This document shows positions 17,603 to 27,341 of a stretch of 33,090 nt of DNA, in pieces. Source of the stretch: Armatimonadota bacterium (GTDB taxonomy: Bacteria; Armatimonadota; Zipacnadia; Zipacnadales; UBA5352); NCBI GenBank assembly GCA_034722055.1, contig JAYENL010000029.1:1-33090 (forward strand), given 5' to 3'. Both the position numbers and the translations under genes were made by a program. Under the pieces are notes generated by a model. The model was not told where the DNA came from, searched no databases, and was given only the letters and a program-made list of their open reading frames with translations. Numbering within the stretch: the stretch's first letter is position 1; each line of letters begins with the position of its first letter.

Positions 17603-19906
17603 CTACAGACCGGCCAGCCGCCGCGCCAGCAGCAGCGCGCCGGCCTTGTCCAGCGGCGTGTTGGCGTCGCCACAGTTGGGCGCCTGCACGCACTCAGGGC
17701 AGCCGTCCTCGCAGGGGCAGGAGTCAATCTGCTCCGCCACCGCCGCGAGGAGGTCGTCGAGCCGCTCGTAGGCCACCTCCGCGATTCCCACGCCGCCGTT
17801 GTAGGCGTCATAGACCGACACCACCGGCCCGCCCAGGTCATCGTGCGCGGACTCCGAAACGCCGCCGACGTCCCGGTGGTCGCAGAACGCGAAGATGGGC
17901 AGCAGCGCGATCATGGCGTGCTCCAGGGCGTGGAGGCTCCCCATCAAATCGCGACCGGCCTCCTCCAGCGCCAGCACGTCCTCCTGCCCCGGCGCAACAG
18001 CCACGCCCACGGTCTCGATGGTCCGCGGCGGCAGCTCCAGGTCCTCGGTCCCCAGCTCCTGCTCCGTCACCTGCCGCACCTTACGGTAGCCGATGACCGC
18101 GGAGGTGATCTCCACCTCCCCCAGCAGCGCCCGGGCGCCGCACTGCAGCTCCCGCTGCGTCTCCCACTCGCGCACCGACATCTTCGAGGCGCTCATCGGC
18201 TGCGTGTAGTAGTCCACGTCCTCGCGCACCACCCACGCCGTCTGCTCCTCGATGTCCAGCTCCTCCACCACGTAGCTGTCCCCGGCGTGCAGGTAGACGG
18301 CCCCGGGATGCACGATGCGGAAGGCCGAAGCCGCGTCCACGGTCCCCAGCAGCTCTCCCCCACGCCCGCCCGGGACGCGGATCTCCCAGGGGCTTCCGCC
18401 GGTGGAGCGCAGGCTGATCTCGGCCGCCGGATACAGGTCGGGGTCCACCCAGTACCACCGGGAGCGCCTGGCGATGAAGGGCAGGTCGGAGTCCTCCCGG
18501 TTGCTGGGGTCGGCCAGGATCTCGAGGATGGCCTCCATCTCCTCGCCGAACAGCTCCTCGTCGGAGGCGTCGATGGGCTTCTCGTAAGCCGCGCAGAGCA
18601 GGTGTCCGGCCAGGATGTAACGGTTCTCGGGATCGATCAGCGCCCGCTCGCTCTCGGCCTCCAGCAGGTACTCCGGATGCTGCACCAGGTAGCGATGCAC
18701 GCCGCCGGGGAGGGTCACCAGCGCGGCCAGCGAGTCCCGCTGCCCCCGGCCGGAGCGGCCGATCTGCTGCCAGGTGCTGGAGATGGTGCCCGGATAGCCG
18801 GTGAGGATGGCCGCGTCCAGCCCGCCGATGTCCACCCCCACCTCCAGGGCGGTGGTGGAGACCACGCCCAGCAGCTCACCCTCAAAGAGCTGGCGCTCGA
18901 TCTCCCGCCGCTCCTGGGGCAGATACCCGCCACGGTAGGACATGATGCGCTCGGGGAGGTCCTCGAACTCCTCCAGCTCCTCGCGGGCGTAGCGCAGGAT
19001 CAGCTCCGCGACACGCCGCGCCAGCACGAAGCAGATGGTGCGCACGTGGGCCTTCACCAGCTCGCACATCAGCTCCGCGGCCTCCAGGTTGGCGCTGCGG
19101 CGCCGCAGCGGCTGGCCCTCGATGCCCGGGGGCTGCCACAGCATCAGGTAGCGCCGACCCCTCGGCGCGGTGTCCTCATCGATGACGGTGGCCTGCAGGC
19201 CGGTGAGCTTCTCGAAGAGCTCGCCGGGATTGCCGATGGTCGCGGAGCAGGCGATGAACTGCGGGTCAGCGCCGTAGGAGCTGCAGATGCGGCGCAGCCG
19301 GCGCATGACGTTCGCGGTGTGTGAGCCGAAGACGCCGCGGTAGGTGTGCACCTCGTCGAGCACCACGAACTCCAGGTTGCGGAAGAAGTCCGCCCACGTG
19401 TGGTGGTAGGGCAGGATGCCCACGTGCAGCATGTCGGGGTTGGTCAGCACCACCTGGGACTCGCGCTTGATGCGGCGGCGGTCGCGGCGCGGCGTGTCCC
19501 CGTCATAGGTGGCGGCATGGAAGGCCGTGCCCGCGCCGAAGTCGGCCAGCTTCCGGAGCTGGTCCTGGGCCAGAGCCTTGGTGGGGTAGATCAGCAGCGC
19601 CCGGCGCGCGGGCCGCTCGTAGAGGCGCTGGGCCAGCGGCAGCACGTAGGTGAGGGTCTTGCCGGAGGCCGTGCCGGTGACGGTCACCACGTGCTCGCCG
19701 CCAAGCGCCGCCTCGATGGCCCGCGCCTGGTGGACGTAGAGGCGCTCGATGCCCAGGTTCTGCAGAATCTCCTGGACGGTCTCGTGCAGCTCCGCCTGCA
19801 CCTCGGCGTGGCGGGCCTCGCGGGCGGGGAGCTCGCGCAGCCACCGGATCTGCCCGCGGTAGTCCGGGTCCCGCCGAATCTCCTCGATCAGTCGCCCCAG
19901 GTCCAT
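17603..19906 (-). CDS. SF2 DEAD/DEAH helicase with DUF1998 zinc domain (YprA/MrfA/Hrq1 family)
   Basis: TGTASGKT, YPTKALAQDQ, TNPDMLH, DEVH, SATIGNP, YRGGY, LEVGVDIG, QQIGRSGR; C-terminal HALEHA...YD...GGVG...CPCEDGCPEC. Confidence 0.92.
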   Translation of the reverse strand: MDLGRLIEEIRRDPDYRGQIRWLRELPAREARHAEVQAELHETVQEILQNLGIERLYVHQARAIEAALGGEHVVTVTGTASGKTLTYVLPLAQRLYERPARRALLIYPTKALAQDQLRKLADFGAGTAFHAATYDGDTPRRDRRRIKRESQVVLTNPDMLHVGILPYHHTWADFFRNLEFVVLDEVHTYRGVFGSHTANVMRRLRRICSSYGADPQFIACSATIGNPGELFEKLTGLQATVIDEDTAPRGRRYLMLWQPPGIEGQPLRRRSANLEAAELMCELVKAHVRTICFVLARRVAELILRYAREELEEFEDLPERIMSYRGGYLPQERREIERQLFEGELLGVVSTTALEVGVDIGGLDAAILTGYPGTISSTWQQIGRSGRGQRDSLAALVTLPGGVHRYLVQHPEYLLEAESERALIDPENRYILAGHLLCAAYEKPIDASDEELFGEEMEAILEILADPSNREDSDLPFIARRSRWYWVDPDLYPAAEISLRSTGGSPWEIRVPGGRGGELLGTVDAASAFRIVHPGAVYLHAGDSYVVEELDIEEQTAWVVREDVDYYTQPMSASKMSVREWETQRELQCGARALLGEVEITSAVIGYRKVRQVTEQELGTEDLELPPRTIETVGVAVAPGQEDVLALEEAGRDLMGSLHALEHAMIALLPIFAFCDHRDVGGVSESAHDDLGGPVVSVYDAYNGGVGIAEVAYERLDDLLAAVAEQIDSCPCEDGCPECVQAPNCGDANTPLDKAGALLLARRLAGL

Positions 19907-19928
19907 GACAGCCCGCCGCCCGCGGGTC

Positions 19929-21329
19929 CTACCTCCGCTCCAGGTGCTCCTCCTCGACGTTGACGGCCCACACGTCGTTGGCCTCGCCGAGGATGTTGCG
20001 CGCCGCCAGCATCCCCGTCATCACGGAGTGGTCCATGTTGTTGTAGCGATGCTGGCCGCTCCGCCCGATGGTCTGCAGGTTCTCGATCTCGTCCAGCCAC
20101 GCCCTCACGGTGGCGATGCGCTCCCGGTAGCCCGGGTCGTAGACGGGGTAGGCGTTCTCCATGCGCATGACGCGCCCGTCCACGACCGCGCCGGCGTCCA
20201 CCAGCCCCAGATGATCCAGCTCCGCCTTCGCCAGGTCGATGACGGCCTCGTCCGCCTCTGTCCACAGCGGCTCGTGCGTCCAGGTGAAGTACTCCGCGCC
20301 CACGCAGCATCGGTCCTCATCGGGTACCATGGCCGGGCTCCAGTTGCGGTAGTTCTGCACCCGGCCGAGCCGCACGTCCGGCTCGTGGACGTAGATCCAC
20401 TGGTCGGGGAAGGGGTCGGGCTGATCCACGATCAGCCCCACGGTGATGAAGGAGCGCTGACGCAGCCGGCTCGCGGCCTCCCGGACGGCGTCCGGCGCCT
20501 GCGGCTCCATTGCGGTGATCAAGTCGCCCAGCGGCATGCTGGAGATGACCTCATCGGCCTCGTGCTCGATCTCGCCATCGTCGCCTTCGGTCACGATCGC
20601 CGCCACGCGCCCGTCGCGAAGCAGCACGCGAGCAGCGCGCTGGCCCACAGCGACCTCACCCCCCGCCTCCAGGATCTGATCCCGGTATCGACCGTAGAGC
20701 TGGCCGGGCCCCAGGCGCGGGTACTTGAACTGCCGGATGAGCGTGGTGGCCTCCTTCGCTCCGCGCCGGAGGAGGGCGTCGCGGACCGCGCCCCACAGCG
20801 ACAGCGACTTGATGCGCTGGGCCGCCCAGTCGGCGCTGATCTCGGTGCAGGGCAGGCCCCACACCTTCTCGGTGTAGGTCTTGAAGAAGTGCTCGTAGAG
20901 CCGGCGGCCGAAGCGGTTGACCACCCAGCCCTCGAAGCTGTCCTCGGGCACCGGCCGCAGCCGGGCCCACAGGTAGCTGACCATCGCCAGCAGCGAGTCC
21001 GTGAGGCCCAGCGTGCTCAGCGTGCTGCGGACCGAGAGGGGGTAGTCCATCAGCCGCCCGCGGTAGAAGATGCGCGAGAGCCGCTGCCGGGCGAGGAAGT
21101 CGTCGCCCATGATCTCATCCCAAGCGCGCGCCACTTCCTCGAGCTTGGTGAAGAACCGGTGACCGCCGATGTCAAAGCGATAGCCGCGGTGCTCGACCGT
21201 CCGGGACAGGCCACCAACGACGTCCTCGCGCTCGAGGATGGTGACGTCCACGTCCGCGAGCGCCAGCTCTCTTCCGGCCGCCAGCCCTGCGGGGCCGGCG
21301 CCGATGACGACCACCGACTGCTCTGCCAC
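19929..21329 (-). CDS. FAD-dependent oxidoreductase (protoporphyrinogen oxidase/UDP-galactopyranose mutase-like)
   Basis: IGAGPAGL, VGGLSRT, FDIGGHRFF, YTEKVWG, AYPVY, GRSGQHRYNNMDHS. Confidence 0.85.
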   Translation of the reverse strand: MAEQSVVVIGAGPAGLAAGRELALADVDVTILEREDVVGGLSRTVEHRGYRFDIGGHRFFTKLEEVARAWDEIMGDDFLARQRLSRIFYRGRLMDYPLSVRSTLSTLGLTDSLLAMVSYLWARLRPVPEDSFEGWVVNRFGRRLYEHFFKTYTEKVWGLPCTEISADWAAQRIKSLSLWGAVRDALLRRGAKEATTLIRQFKYPRLGPGQLYGRYRDQILEAGGEVAVGQRAARVLLRDGRVAAIVTEGDDGEIEHEADEVISSMPLGDLITAMEPQAPDAVREAASRLRQRSFITVGLIVDQPDPFPDQWIYVHEPDVRLGRVQNYRNWSPAMVPDEDRCCVGAEYFTWTHEPLWTEADEAVIDLAKAELDHLGLVDAGAVVDGRVMRMENAYPVYDPGYRERIATVRAWLDEIENLQTIGRSGQHRYNNMDHSVMTGMLAARNILGEANDVWAVNVEEEHLERR

Positions 21330-21407
21330 TTGGCTCCGTCACGCCCTCCGGGAGGCTCCGCCATCCGTGTCACAAGGCGCCCGGCATGCCTCGCCGGGCG
21401 CAGGTCC

Positions 21408-21437
21408 ATTATGCCTGAATGCCGACCGATGCTGCAA
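21408..21437 (-). promoter_or_regulatory. Possible sigma70 promoter for the oxidoreductase-helicase unit
   Basis: Minus strand TTGCAG-N18-CATAAT, about 80 bp upstream of the start at 21329. Confidence 0.45.
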
Positions 21438-21475
21438 GCGCGGGGCCGGGGGGGACAATCCGTAGTGTCGGTAGA

Positions 21476-21830
21476 ACGCGCGGGCGAGAGCACCCGGAGG
21501 CGCTCGTGCGCCTCTCCCCACGGCCACACCCCCGCCCGCGCCCCAGCAGGAATGATTACCTCATTCTCGGAAGCCGGCGCCCCCGCCGGCTTGTGGCGCG
21601 CAGCGCCACTCGCCTGACCCAGTTTCAGCGAATCTCCACCGGCCACGACGCGCGGGCGAGGGCGCCCGGAGGCGCTCGTGCGCCTCTCCCCACGGCCACA
21701 CCCCCGCCCGCGCCCCAGCAGGAATGATTACCTCATTCTCGGAAGCCGGCGCCCCCGCCGGCTTGTGGCGCGCAGCGCCACTCACCTGACCCAGTTTTAG
21801 CGAATCTTTACCGGCCACGACGCGCGGGCG
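21476..21830. repeat. Tandem direct repeat: two 172-bp units plus an 11-bp partial third, multi-hairpin
   Basis: Units start at 21476, 21648 and 21820 (ACGCGCGGGCG); six substitutions between the two full units. Confidence 0.95.
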
Positions 21831-21871
21831 TGGCCACGCTGGACCTCCCGCAAGCTGACCTGGGGCGCACG

Positions 21872-22642
21872 CTACCCCGCCGGCTCGCGCTCCTCAGAGC
21901 CCCTCCCGCGCTTCTCGAACACCCCGGCCAGGAGCACGCTCAGGACGTAGAGCAGCACCAGGGGGCCGGCCATGAAGGTCATGGTGGCCGGATCGGTGGT
22001 AGGGGTGGCGAAGGCCGCGAATATGAAGATCAGCAGCACCGCGTGGCGCCACCACCCCAACAGCATGTCCCGCGTGACGAGACCCACCGCGGACAGGAAG
22101 GTCAGCACCAGGGGCAGCTCGAAGGCGATGCCGAAGACCAGCAGCAGGCGCATCAGGAAGTAGAGGTAGGGCTGCAGCGTCAGCTCCACCGCAACCCCCA
22201 GGCTGCGGTTGAACAGGAAGAAGAACGCGAAGGCCTTCGGCGAGATGAAGTAGCAGAAGGCCACGCCGCCGAGGAACAGCGCCGTGGCCAGCGGGACGAT
22301 AAGCACCACCCACCGCTTCTCGTGCGGCTCCAGAGCGGGCTCCACGAAGAGCCACAGCTCTATGAAGATGCCGGGCGAGGCCAGGATCACCCCCGCGACC
22401 AGCGAGATCTGCATCATGAGGATGATCCCGCCGGCGGCCTCGAAGATGCGGAAGCTGAAGCCCTCGATCCCCGCCGCCGCCGCGCCGGCCTCGGCCGGGT
22501 AGCGCAGCATCGCGAGCAGCGTGCTCCGGAAGATCCAGCAGGCGCCCGCCGCAGCGACCACGTAGATGATCATCCGCAACAGGCGCCAGCGCAGCTCCTC
22601 GAGATGCTCCCAGAAGCTGAGTTCCTTGCGATCGGCGGCCAT
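21872..22642 (-). CDS. tatC: Twin-arginine translocase subunit TatC
   Basis: SFWEHLEELRWRL, FVEPALEPHEKR, FCYF, FGIAFELP, WRHA, TPTTDP. Confidence 0.95.
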   Translation of the reverse strand: MAADRKELSFWEHLEELRWRLLRMIIYVVAAAGACWIFRSTLLAMLRYPAEAGAAAAGIEGFSFRIFEAAGGIILMMQISLVAGVILASPGIFIELWLFVEPALEPHEKRWVVLIVPLATALFLGGVAFCYFISPKAFAFFFLFNRSLGVAVELTLQPYLYFLMRLLLVFGIAFELPLVLTFLSAVGLVTRDMLLGWWRHAVLLIFIFAAFATPTTDPATMTFMAGPLVLLYVLSVLLAGVFEKRGRGSEEREPAG

Positions 22643-22845
22643 TCTCGCTTTTTCCCGTGGGGATGGCTTTCCGTGAATCGGATCGGCTCCGGGCGGCCTG
22701 ATGAGTGTTCGACGCCGGCGGCCGGGATACCTATCCGCCCTGACGGTGCTCTCCGCTGCAGGGATCGTGCGCAGTCCTGGTCAAATGTGCGACCACGCGG
22801 ATCATCGGCACCAGCGCCCACACTGTCCATCGAAGGGGAATTGCC

Positions 22846-25764
22846 ATGAATCGACGCCCGCTTCTGTCAGTCATCGCACTTGTGCTCGCCACCGCTCTCC
22901 CTGTCTTCTGCGCGGAGGTAAGCATCGAGGAGCACCCGGACGGCTTCACACTCAGCGGCCCGCGGCTCATCGTGAGCCTCCAGGATGGTATCATCACCGG
23001 CGTGCACAGCGTGCTGACCGACGAGACCCACGCGGACCGCGGTACCGCCGAGGTGCACATCCCCGCCGGCATGGGCCACCTGCAGCCTGACCAGGAGGCG
23101 GCGCAGGCGCTGCATGTGCCGTGGGGCTCGAAGGAGATGGCCCAGGACGTCGAGGCCGATGCATTCCCCAGCCAGCACCGCCCGCACGAGGGCTCGGCCT
23201 TCGAGCTGCAGCGCACCGACAGCGGGGCGCTGGCGACGTGGGCCGGCCTGACCAACGGGGATGGGCAGTTCCCGGAGGAGAAGCTCTCCGTGAAGGTCTG
23301 GGTCGATGAGAGCGGTGAGACGCTGGTGCGGGCGTGGGGCGAGAGCCCCCAGGGCGGTGTCTACGGCGTGCAGGTGCCGATCGCGAACCTGCATCCCGAC
23401 CACCGGGTGTACCTGCCCAGCTTCGGCGGCATGGTCTACGAGAGGACCATGGAGCCGGCCCTGCGGACCCTGGGCGGCGCCCCGTTCATCGAGGCGCCGG
23501 TCATCGCCATGGAGGGCCGTAAGGGGACGCTCGGGCTGTGGACCGAGGACGAGCGCTTCAACCCCTGGTTCTGCTTCATCAACTGGAGCGGGACGAGCTG
23601 GTCGGTGGGCCTGGAGCATCAGAACCTGAAGCCCTTTGAGCCGCACCGCACCGTGGCGTCGATCACCTGGCACCTCGATGCCTTCGACGGCGGCTGGCTG
23701 GACGCCATGGCGCCCTATCGCGACTGGTATCACGAGCTCTTCGCTGAGGAGTTGGCAATCCGGGATGCGGTCGAGTGGGCGGATCGCATCCGGATCATCG
23801 TGGACGCGGTCTCCGAGAACAACGAGACCTATGACGCGCTCGCGGCCACCTTCGATCCGGAGACGATCCTGATCCACGAGTGGAACGCGCGCAAGCCCAG
23901 CTTCAGCGGCGAGCTGCCCGCGATGGAGCCGAAGGATCACTACCCCGACCAGGTGGCCCTGGCGCACCAATACGGCTTCCACACCATGGCCTACGTCAAC
24001 AGCTACTGCGCCGAGAAGGGCGCACCGGCGTTCCTCGAGGCGAACATCGAGGAGATCGCGCTGACGCGACGCTACCGCGGCCTGTGGCGCTACGACCGCG
24101 GCCCGATGACCTGGGATGACTACGAGGACGGGGATCTGGTATACACCGATCCGCTGGCGCCGGGGTGCCGGGCCGACCACATCGCTCGCATGAAGAAGTG
24201 GAGGCGCCAGACCGGCACCGACGCCAACTACGAGGACACCGCGGGCGCCTGCGGCGACTACGGCAACGGTGTCGTGGACGGCCTGCAGGCCGCGGAGGGC
24301 ACGGTGGCGCTGTTCAAGGAGCTTCTGCGGGAGCAGCCGGATGTGCCGATGGCGTCAGAGTACGGCCCCTCCCCGATGGCCTTCGCGACGCGCTGGCCGC
24401 TCCACTATCAGCAGGTCTGGGGCAACAACGCCTCGCGCGAGTTCTGGCTCTCGCACATGCGGCCGGTGTGCGCGTATCTGTTCGGGCATCGCTCGTGGAC
24501 GCCCAACGTCCGCGCGGAGAGCAACTTCCTGCACCACGTCGTCATGGGCTGCTCGGACGCGCTCGGCGGGCTGGCCCAGTTCCCGGGGACCCTCAAGGCC
24601 CTGCAGACCACGCGCGGCGCGCTGGCGCAGATGAAGCGACGCGCCCAGCTCTTCTCGGCCCGTCAGCTTGCGCCCAGGTTCCCCGCCGGCCGCTGGGAGC
24701 CGGACCTCGCCTGCGTCTACGCCGACGACGCCGGCCGCACCTATCGCTACTACGCCGACGATCAGGTGCATCGCATGGTCGGCCCGAACGGGAAGGCGCT
24801 CTACGAGCGGGTCACCGGCGTCAACAGCTTCGCGACCGATCTGACGCTGCCGGGCTGGCCCGCGGCGACCGAGCAGGGCCTGCTGGGGCTGAACCCGGAG
24901 GTGCGGTACGCACTCGTGCCCGGCGCGCATGACCGGACGCAGGTGCAGGTCACCGCCATGGCGGCGGACACCATGATCGGGCGGTTCTACGGCGACGAGC
25001 GCTTCACGGTGCTGGAGGTCGCGCCGACAGCCGAGGCCGGGCCAGCCTCAGGCGACATCACCGCCGTCGCGAATCTGCAGACGCACGCGGCTACGCTCAA
25101 CGACGAGCCGGTGGCGCCTCCCGCGTGGCCTGAGGACTCGGAGCAGTCAGAACCGGCCACCTGGCGCGCCGACAGCCTGCCCGCGTATCTGGTCTTTGCG
25201 CACAGCGCCCCGAGCACGCCCGGCTGGGGCGAGCTCTTCGAGACGAACATCGAGCACACCAAGTACGTTGACGTGCAGACGGGCCTGGACGCCGGCGATC
25301 GGCCCACGCGGGATCTCAGGCGCCGTTTCGAGGTCCCCGGCGAGGGCGAGGTGCTCTTCTACGGTGGCCTCAACTGGGGCGGCGAGGCTGAGGTGGTGAT
25401 GAACTACCTCGTGACGCCGCCGGCCGCGGAGGCGGTGCTGGAGGTCTTCACGCGCAACACCCAGGACACCTACGGCAACGGGACCATCGGGCGGCTGTAC
25501 ATCAACGGCCGCATGGTTCACGAGCACGACTTCGGCCCGCAAGAGGTCGAGGGCCAGGACGAGAAGGTCTGGGACCTGGCGATCCACCGCTGGCGCGTGC
25601 CGCTGCAGGTGGAGCCGGGCACGCCTGTGCTGGTGAGCATCGCCACCGACAGCAAGGGCTCCAACAACGCGGACTTCCAGTGGTGGGCAGCCCCGCGCTT
25701 CATCCAGGCGCCGATGGAGGCGAGTTTCGTCCAGTTCGAGGAGGGGCAAGCGGTCCCTGAGTGA
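22846..25764 (+). CDS. Large secreted protein, putative glycoside-hydrolase-like (DUF6259-like barrel plus C-terminal beta-sandwich)
   Basis: Signal peptide; aromatic-rich central region with HQYGFHTMAYVN, YEDTAG and ASEYGP; beta-rich C-terminal domain. The family assignment is inference. Confidence 0.6.
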   Translation: MNRRPLLSVIALVLATALPVFCAEVSIEEHPDGFTLSGPRLIVSLQDGIITGVHSVLTDETHADRGTAEVHIPAGMGHLQPDQEAAQALHVPWGSKEMAQDVEADAFPSQHRPHEGSAFELQRTDSGALATWAGLTNGDGQFPEEKLSVKVWVDESGETLVRAWGESPQGGVYGVQVPIANLHPDHRVYLPSFGGMVYERTMEPALRTLGGAPFIEAPVIAMEGRKGTLGLWTEDERFNPWFCFINWSGTSWSVGLEHQNLKPFEPHRTVASITWHLDAFDGGWLDAMAPYRDWYHELFAEELAIRDAVEWADRIRIIVDAVSENNETYDALAATFDPETILIHEWNARKPSFSGELPAMEPKDHYPDQVALAHQYGFHTMAYVNSYCAEKGAPAFLEANIEEIALTRRYRGLWRYDRGPMTWDDYEDGDLVYTDPLAPGCRADHIARMKKWRRQTGTDANYEDTAGACGDYGNGVVDGLQAAEGTVALFKELLREQPDVPMASEYGPSPMAFATRWPLHYQQVWGNNASREFWLSHMRPVCAYLFGHRSWTPNVRAESNFLHHVVMGCSDALGGLAQFPGTLKALQTTRGALAQMKRRAQLFSARQLAPRFPAGRWEPDLACVYADDAGRTYRYYADDQVHRMVGPNGKALYERVTGVNSFATDLTLPGWPAATEQGLLGLNPEVRYALVPGAHDRTQVQVTAMAADTMIGRFYGDERFTVLEVAPTAEAGPASGDITAVANLQTHAATLNDEPVAPPAWPEDSEQSEPATWRADSLPAYLVFAHSAPSTPGWGELFETNIEHTKYVDVQTGLDAGDRPTRDLRRRFEVPGEGEVLFYGGLNWGGEAEVVMNYLVTPPAAEAVLEVFTRNTQDTYGNGTIGRLYINGRMVHEHDFGPQEVEGQDEKVWDLAIHRWRVPLQVEPGTPVLVSIATDSKGSNNADFQWWAAPRFIQAPMEASFVQFEEGQAVPE

Positions 25765-25812
25765 GCAAGCGCACAAGGGAAAGACCAACGGGGCCGGACG
25801 CAGTACGCCCGC

Positions 25813-26682
25813 TCAGGCCGACGGATAGCACTCCGCGATCCACTCCGCCAGTGTGCCCGTGTAGCGCGCGTGCGCCAGGTGTTCGTCGCCGCGCTGGCTG
25901 CCCCACGCGTAGTAGATCACCATCCGGCCGTGGAACTCGCAGAAGTCGATGTCCGAGTTGTTGATGTCCTCACCCGTGGAGGGCCGCAGAATAGGATTCT
26001 GCGGGCTCTGCCGCCAGTGCAGCAGGTCCTCCGAGCGCGTCAGCCACGTCTCGAACCACCAGGGCCCGGCGTGCTCCAGATACCACACGTAGTAGCGGCC
26101 CTCGTGGAAGCGAACCGTGGGGCAGGCGGCATAGCGGTCCGTGCCAAGGACGGCCTCCTCCGCGGGCAGCACCTCCCAGTTCAGCAGGTCATCGGAGACC
26201 ACGAACGTGATGGTGAAGCTCGGCCAGGGGCGCGCGTCGGTCTCCAGCGCCATCACGTAGCGCTCGCCGTCGAAGCACACCGAGCAGTTGAAGAGCCGCT
26301 CGTCGCTGCCCTTCACCGCCAGCGCGCTCTCCCACGTCCGCAGGTCATCGCTGCGGAAGACGTGGATCTCGTCGAGGACCGCGTCGTCCTCGCCGCGCAG
26401 CGACGCGTAGACGAACACCTCCTCGCCGCGCACGAAGGGCGCCGCGAAGGTGAAGTCCTCGCCGAACTCGGTGAGGACCTCGCCGGCCGCCAACTCCTCG
26501 CTGTCGCGGACGTCGCGCGTGCCATCCGCCAGGTGCCGGATGCGCAGGTAGTGGCGCCCGCCGCGCGCATTGTCCTCCATCCCGGGGCGCACCGACTCCA
26601 GCAGCAGCAGCTCATCGCGGTACACGAAGGGCGAGGTCTCTACGAGGTCATTGCGCAGCGTACCGAGCTTCTCCAGGGGCAT
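25813..26682 (-). CDS. Five-bladed beta-propeller glycosidase-like protein
   Basis: Repeated blades ending RSDDLRTW, VSDDLLNW, RSEDLLHW; NPIL; RBS GGAGG at 26689-26693. Confidence 0.7.
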   Translation of the reverse strand: MPLEKLGTLRNDLVETSPFVYRDELLLLESVRPGMEDNARGGRHYLRIRHLADGTRDVRDSEELAAGEVLTEFGEDFTFAAPFVRGEEVFVYASLRGEDDAVLDEIHVFRSDDLRTWESALAVKGSDERLFNCSVCFDGERYVMALETDARPWPSFTITFVVSDDLLNWEVLPAEEAVLGTDRYAACPTVRFHEGRYYVWYLEHAGPWWFETWLTRSEDLLHWRQSPQNPILRPSTGEDINNSDIDFCEFHGRMVIYYAWGSQRGDEHLAHARYTGTLAEWIAECYPSA

Positions 26683-26699
26683 GGTTGGCCTCCATTTGG

Positions 26700-26861
26700 C
26701 AGCTATCAGCTATCAGCGGTCAGCACTCAGCGGTCAGCACTCAGCGGTCAGCACTCAGCGGTCACCACTCAGCGGTCAGCACTCAGCGGTCAGCACTCAC
26801 CTAAGAGAAAACGGCCGCATAGCTGCCAGCTATCAGCGGTCAGCAATCAGCTAACAGCAAA
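26700..26861 (+). repeat. Left heptamer arrays CAGC(TAT/GGT/ACT...)
   Basis: 14 phased heptamers at 26700-26797, mostly alternating CAGCGGT/CAGCACT, plus six at 26820-26861. Confidence 0.95.
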
Positions 26862-26917
26862 CGACAACCACCAACGGCTGACCTCAACGGCTGAGGGCAT
26901 GGTGCGGCGTGCCTTGT

Positions 26918-27295
26918 TCATTCATCCGCTGATTGGCGCACGCTGTTGATGAGGCCGTAGATCATCTTCCCCACCTCCGCCGTCGAAGCGCGCGCCTGCG
27001 CTAGATGCGGCCCGGACGCGTACTCGAGCCGGCCGGACAGCTCGAGAAACGTCTCCAGCTCAGCCACGCTCCCTGCTGCAATGGAAAGGAAGCGGCAGAA
27101 CTCAGTGTCCCCCTGTCTCGCCCGCCCCTCAGCGATGTTCGCTGGAATCGACGCAGCGCATCGCCGCATCTGAGACGTCAGCCCGTACCTCTCATCATCG
27201 GGGAAGTGCGCGGTCAGTCTGTAGACGACCACAGTCAGATCCATCGCCTTCCTCCACACAGCGAGGTCACGATAGCCGGTCCTTGGGCTGCCCAT
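26918..27295 (-). CDS. Four-helix bundle protein (23S rRNA-IVS protein / Avd-like family)
   Basis: YRDLAVWRKAMDL...YRLT..FPDDERYGLTSQMRRCAASIPANIAEG...F.RFLSIAAGS..ELET is the family signature. Confidence 0.93.
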   Translation of the reverse strand: MGSPRTGYRDLAVWRKAMDLTVVVYRLTAHFPDDERYGLTSQMRRCAASIPANIAEGRARQGDTEFCRFLSIAAGSVAELETFLELSGRLEYASGPHLAQARASTAEVGKMIYGLINSVRQSADE

Positions 27296-27341
27296 AAACT
27301 CTCTCCCTGCACTGACGACCTGGTATACGTTGTTCTTGTCG

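Noticed and set aside
17603..19906. DISARM or other defence system suggested by DUF1998
   Set aside because: Helicase and DUF1998 are fused as in YprA/MrfA, with no methylase, PLD nuclease or other defence genes nearby.
21590..21640. SRP RNA-like GGGTCAGG or IS-end-like GAGATTCGCTGAA in the repeat (minus strand)
   Set aside because: The GNRA loop and AGCAG of SRP domain IV are absent, and no matching second terminal inverted repeat was found.
21050..21818. ORFs 21050..21646 and 21561..21818 with near-identical N-termini
   Set aside because: By-products of the 172-bp repeat; the unit length is not a multiple of 3 and one ORF overlaps the oxidoreductase.
22778..22795. TGGTC-N8-GACCA palindrome in the tatC divergent region
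   Set aside because: Only 5-bp arms and no cognate regulator nearby; insufficient support.
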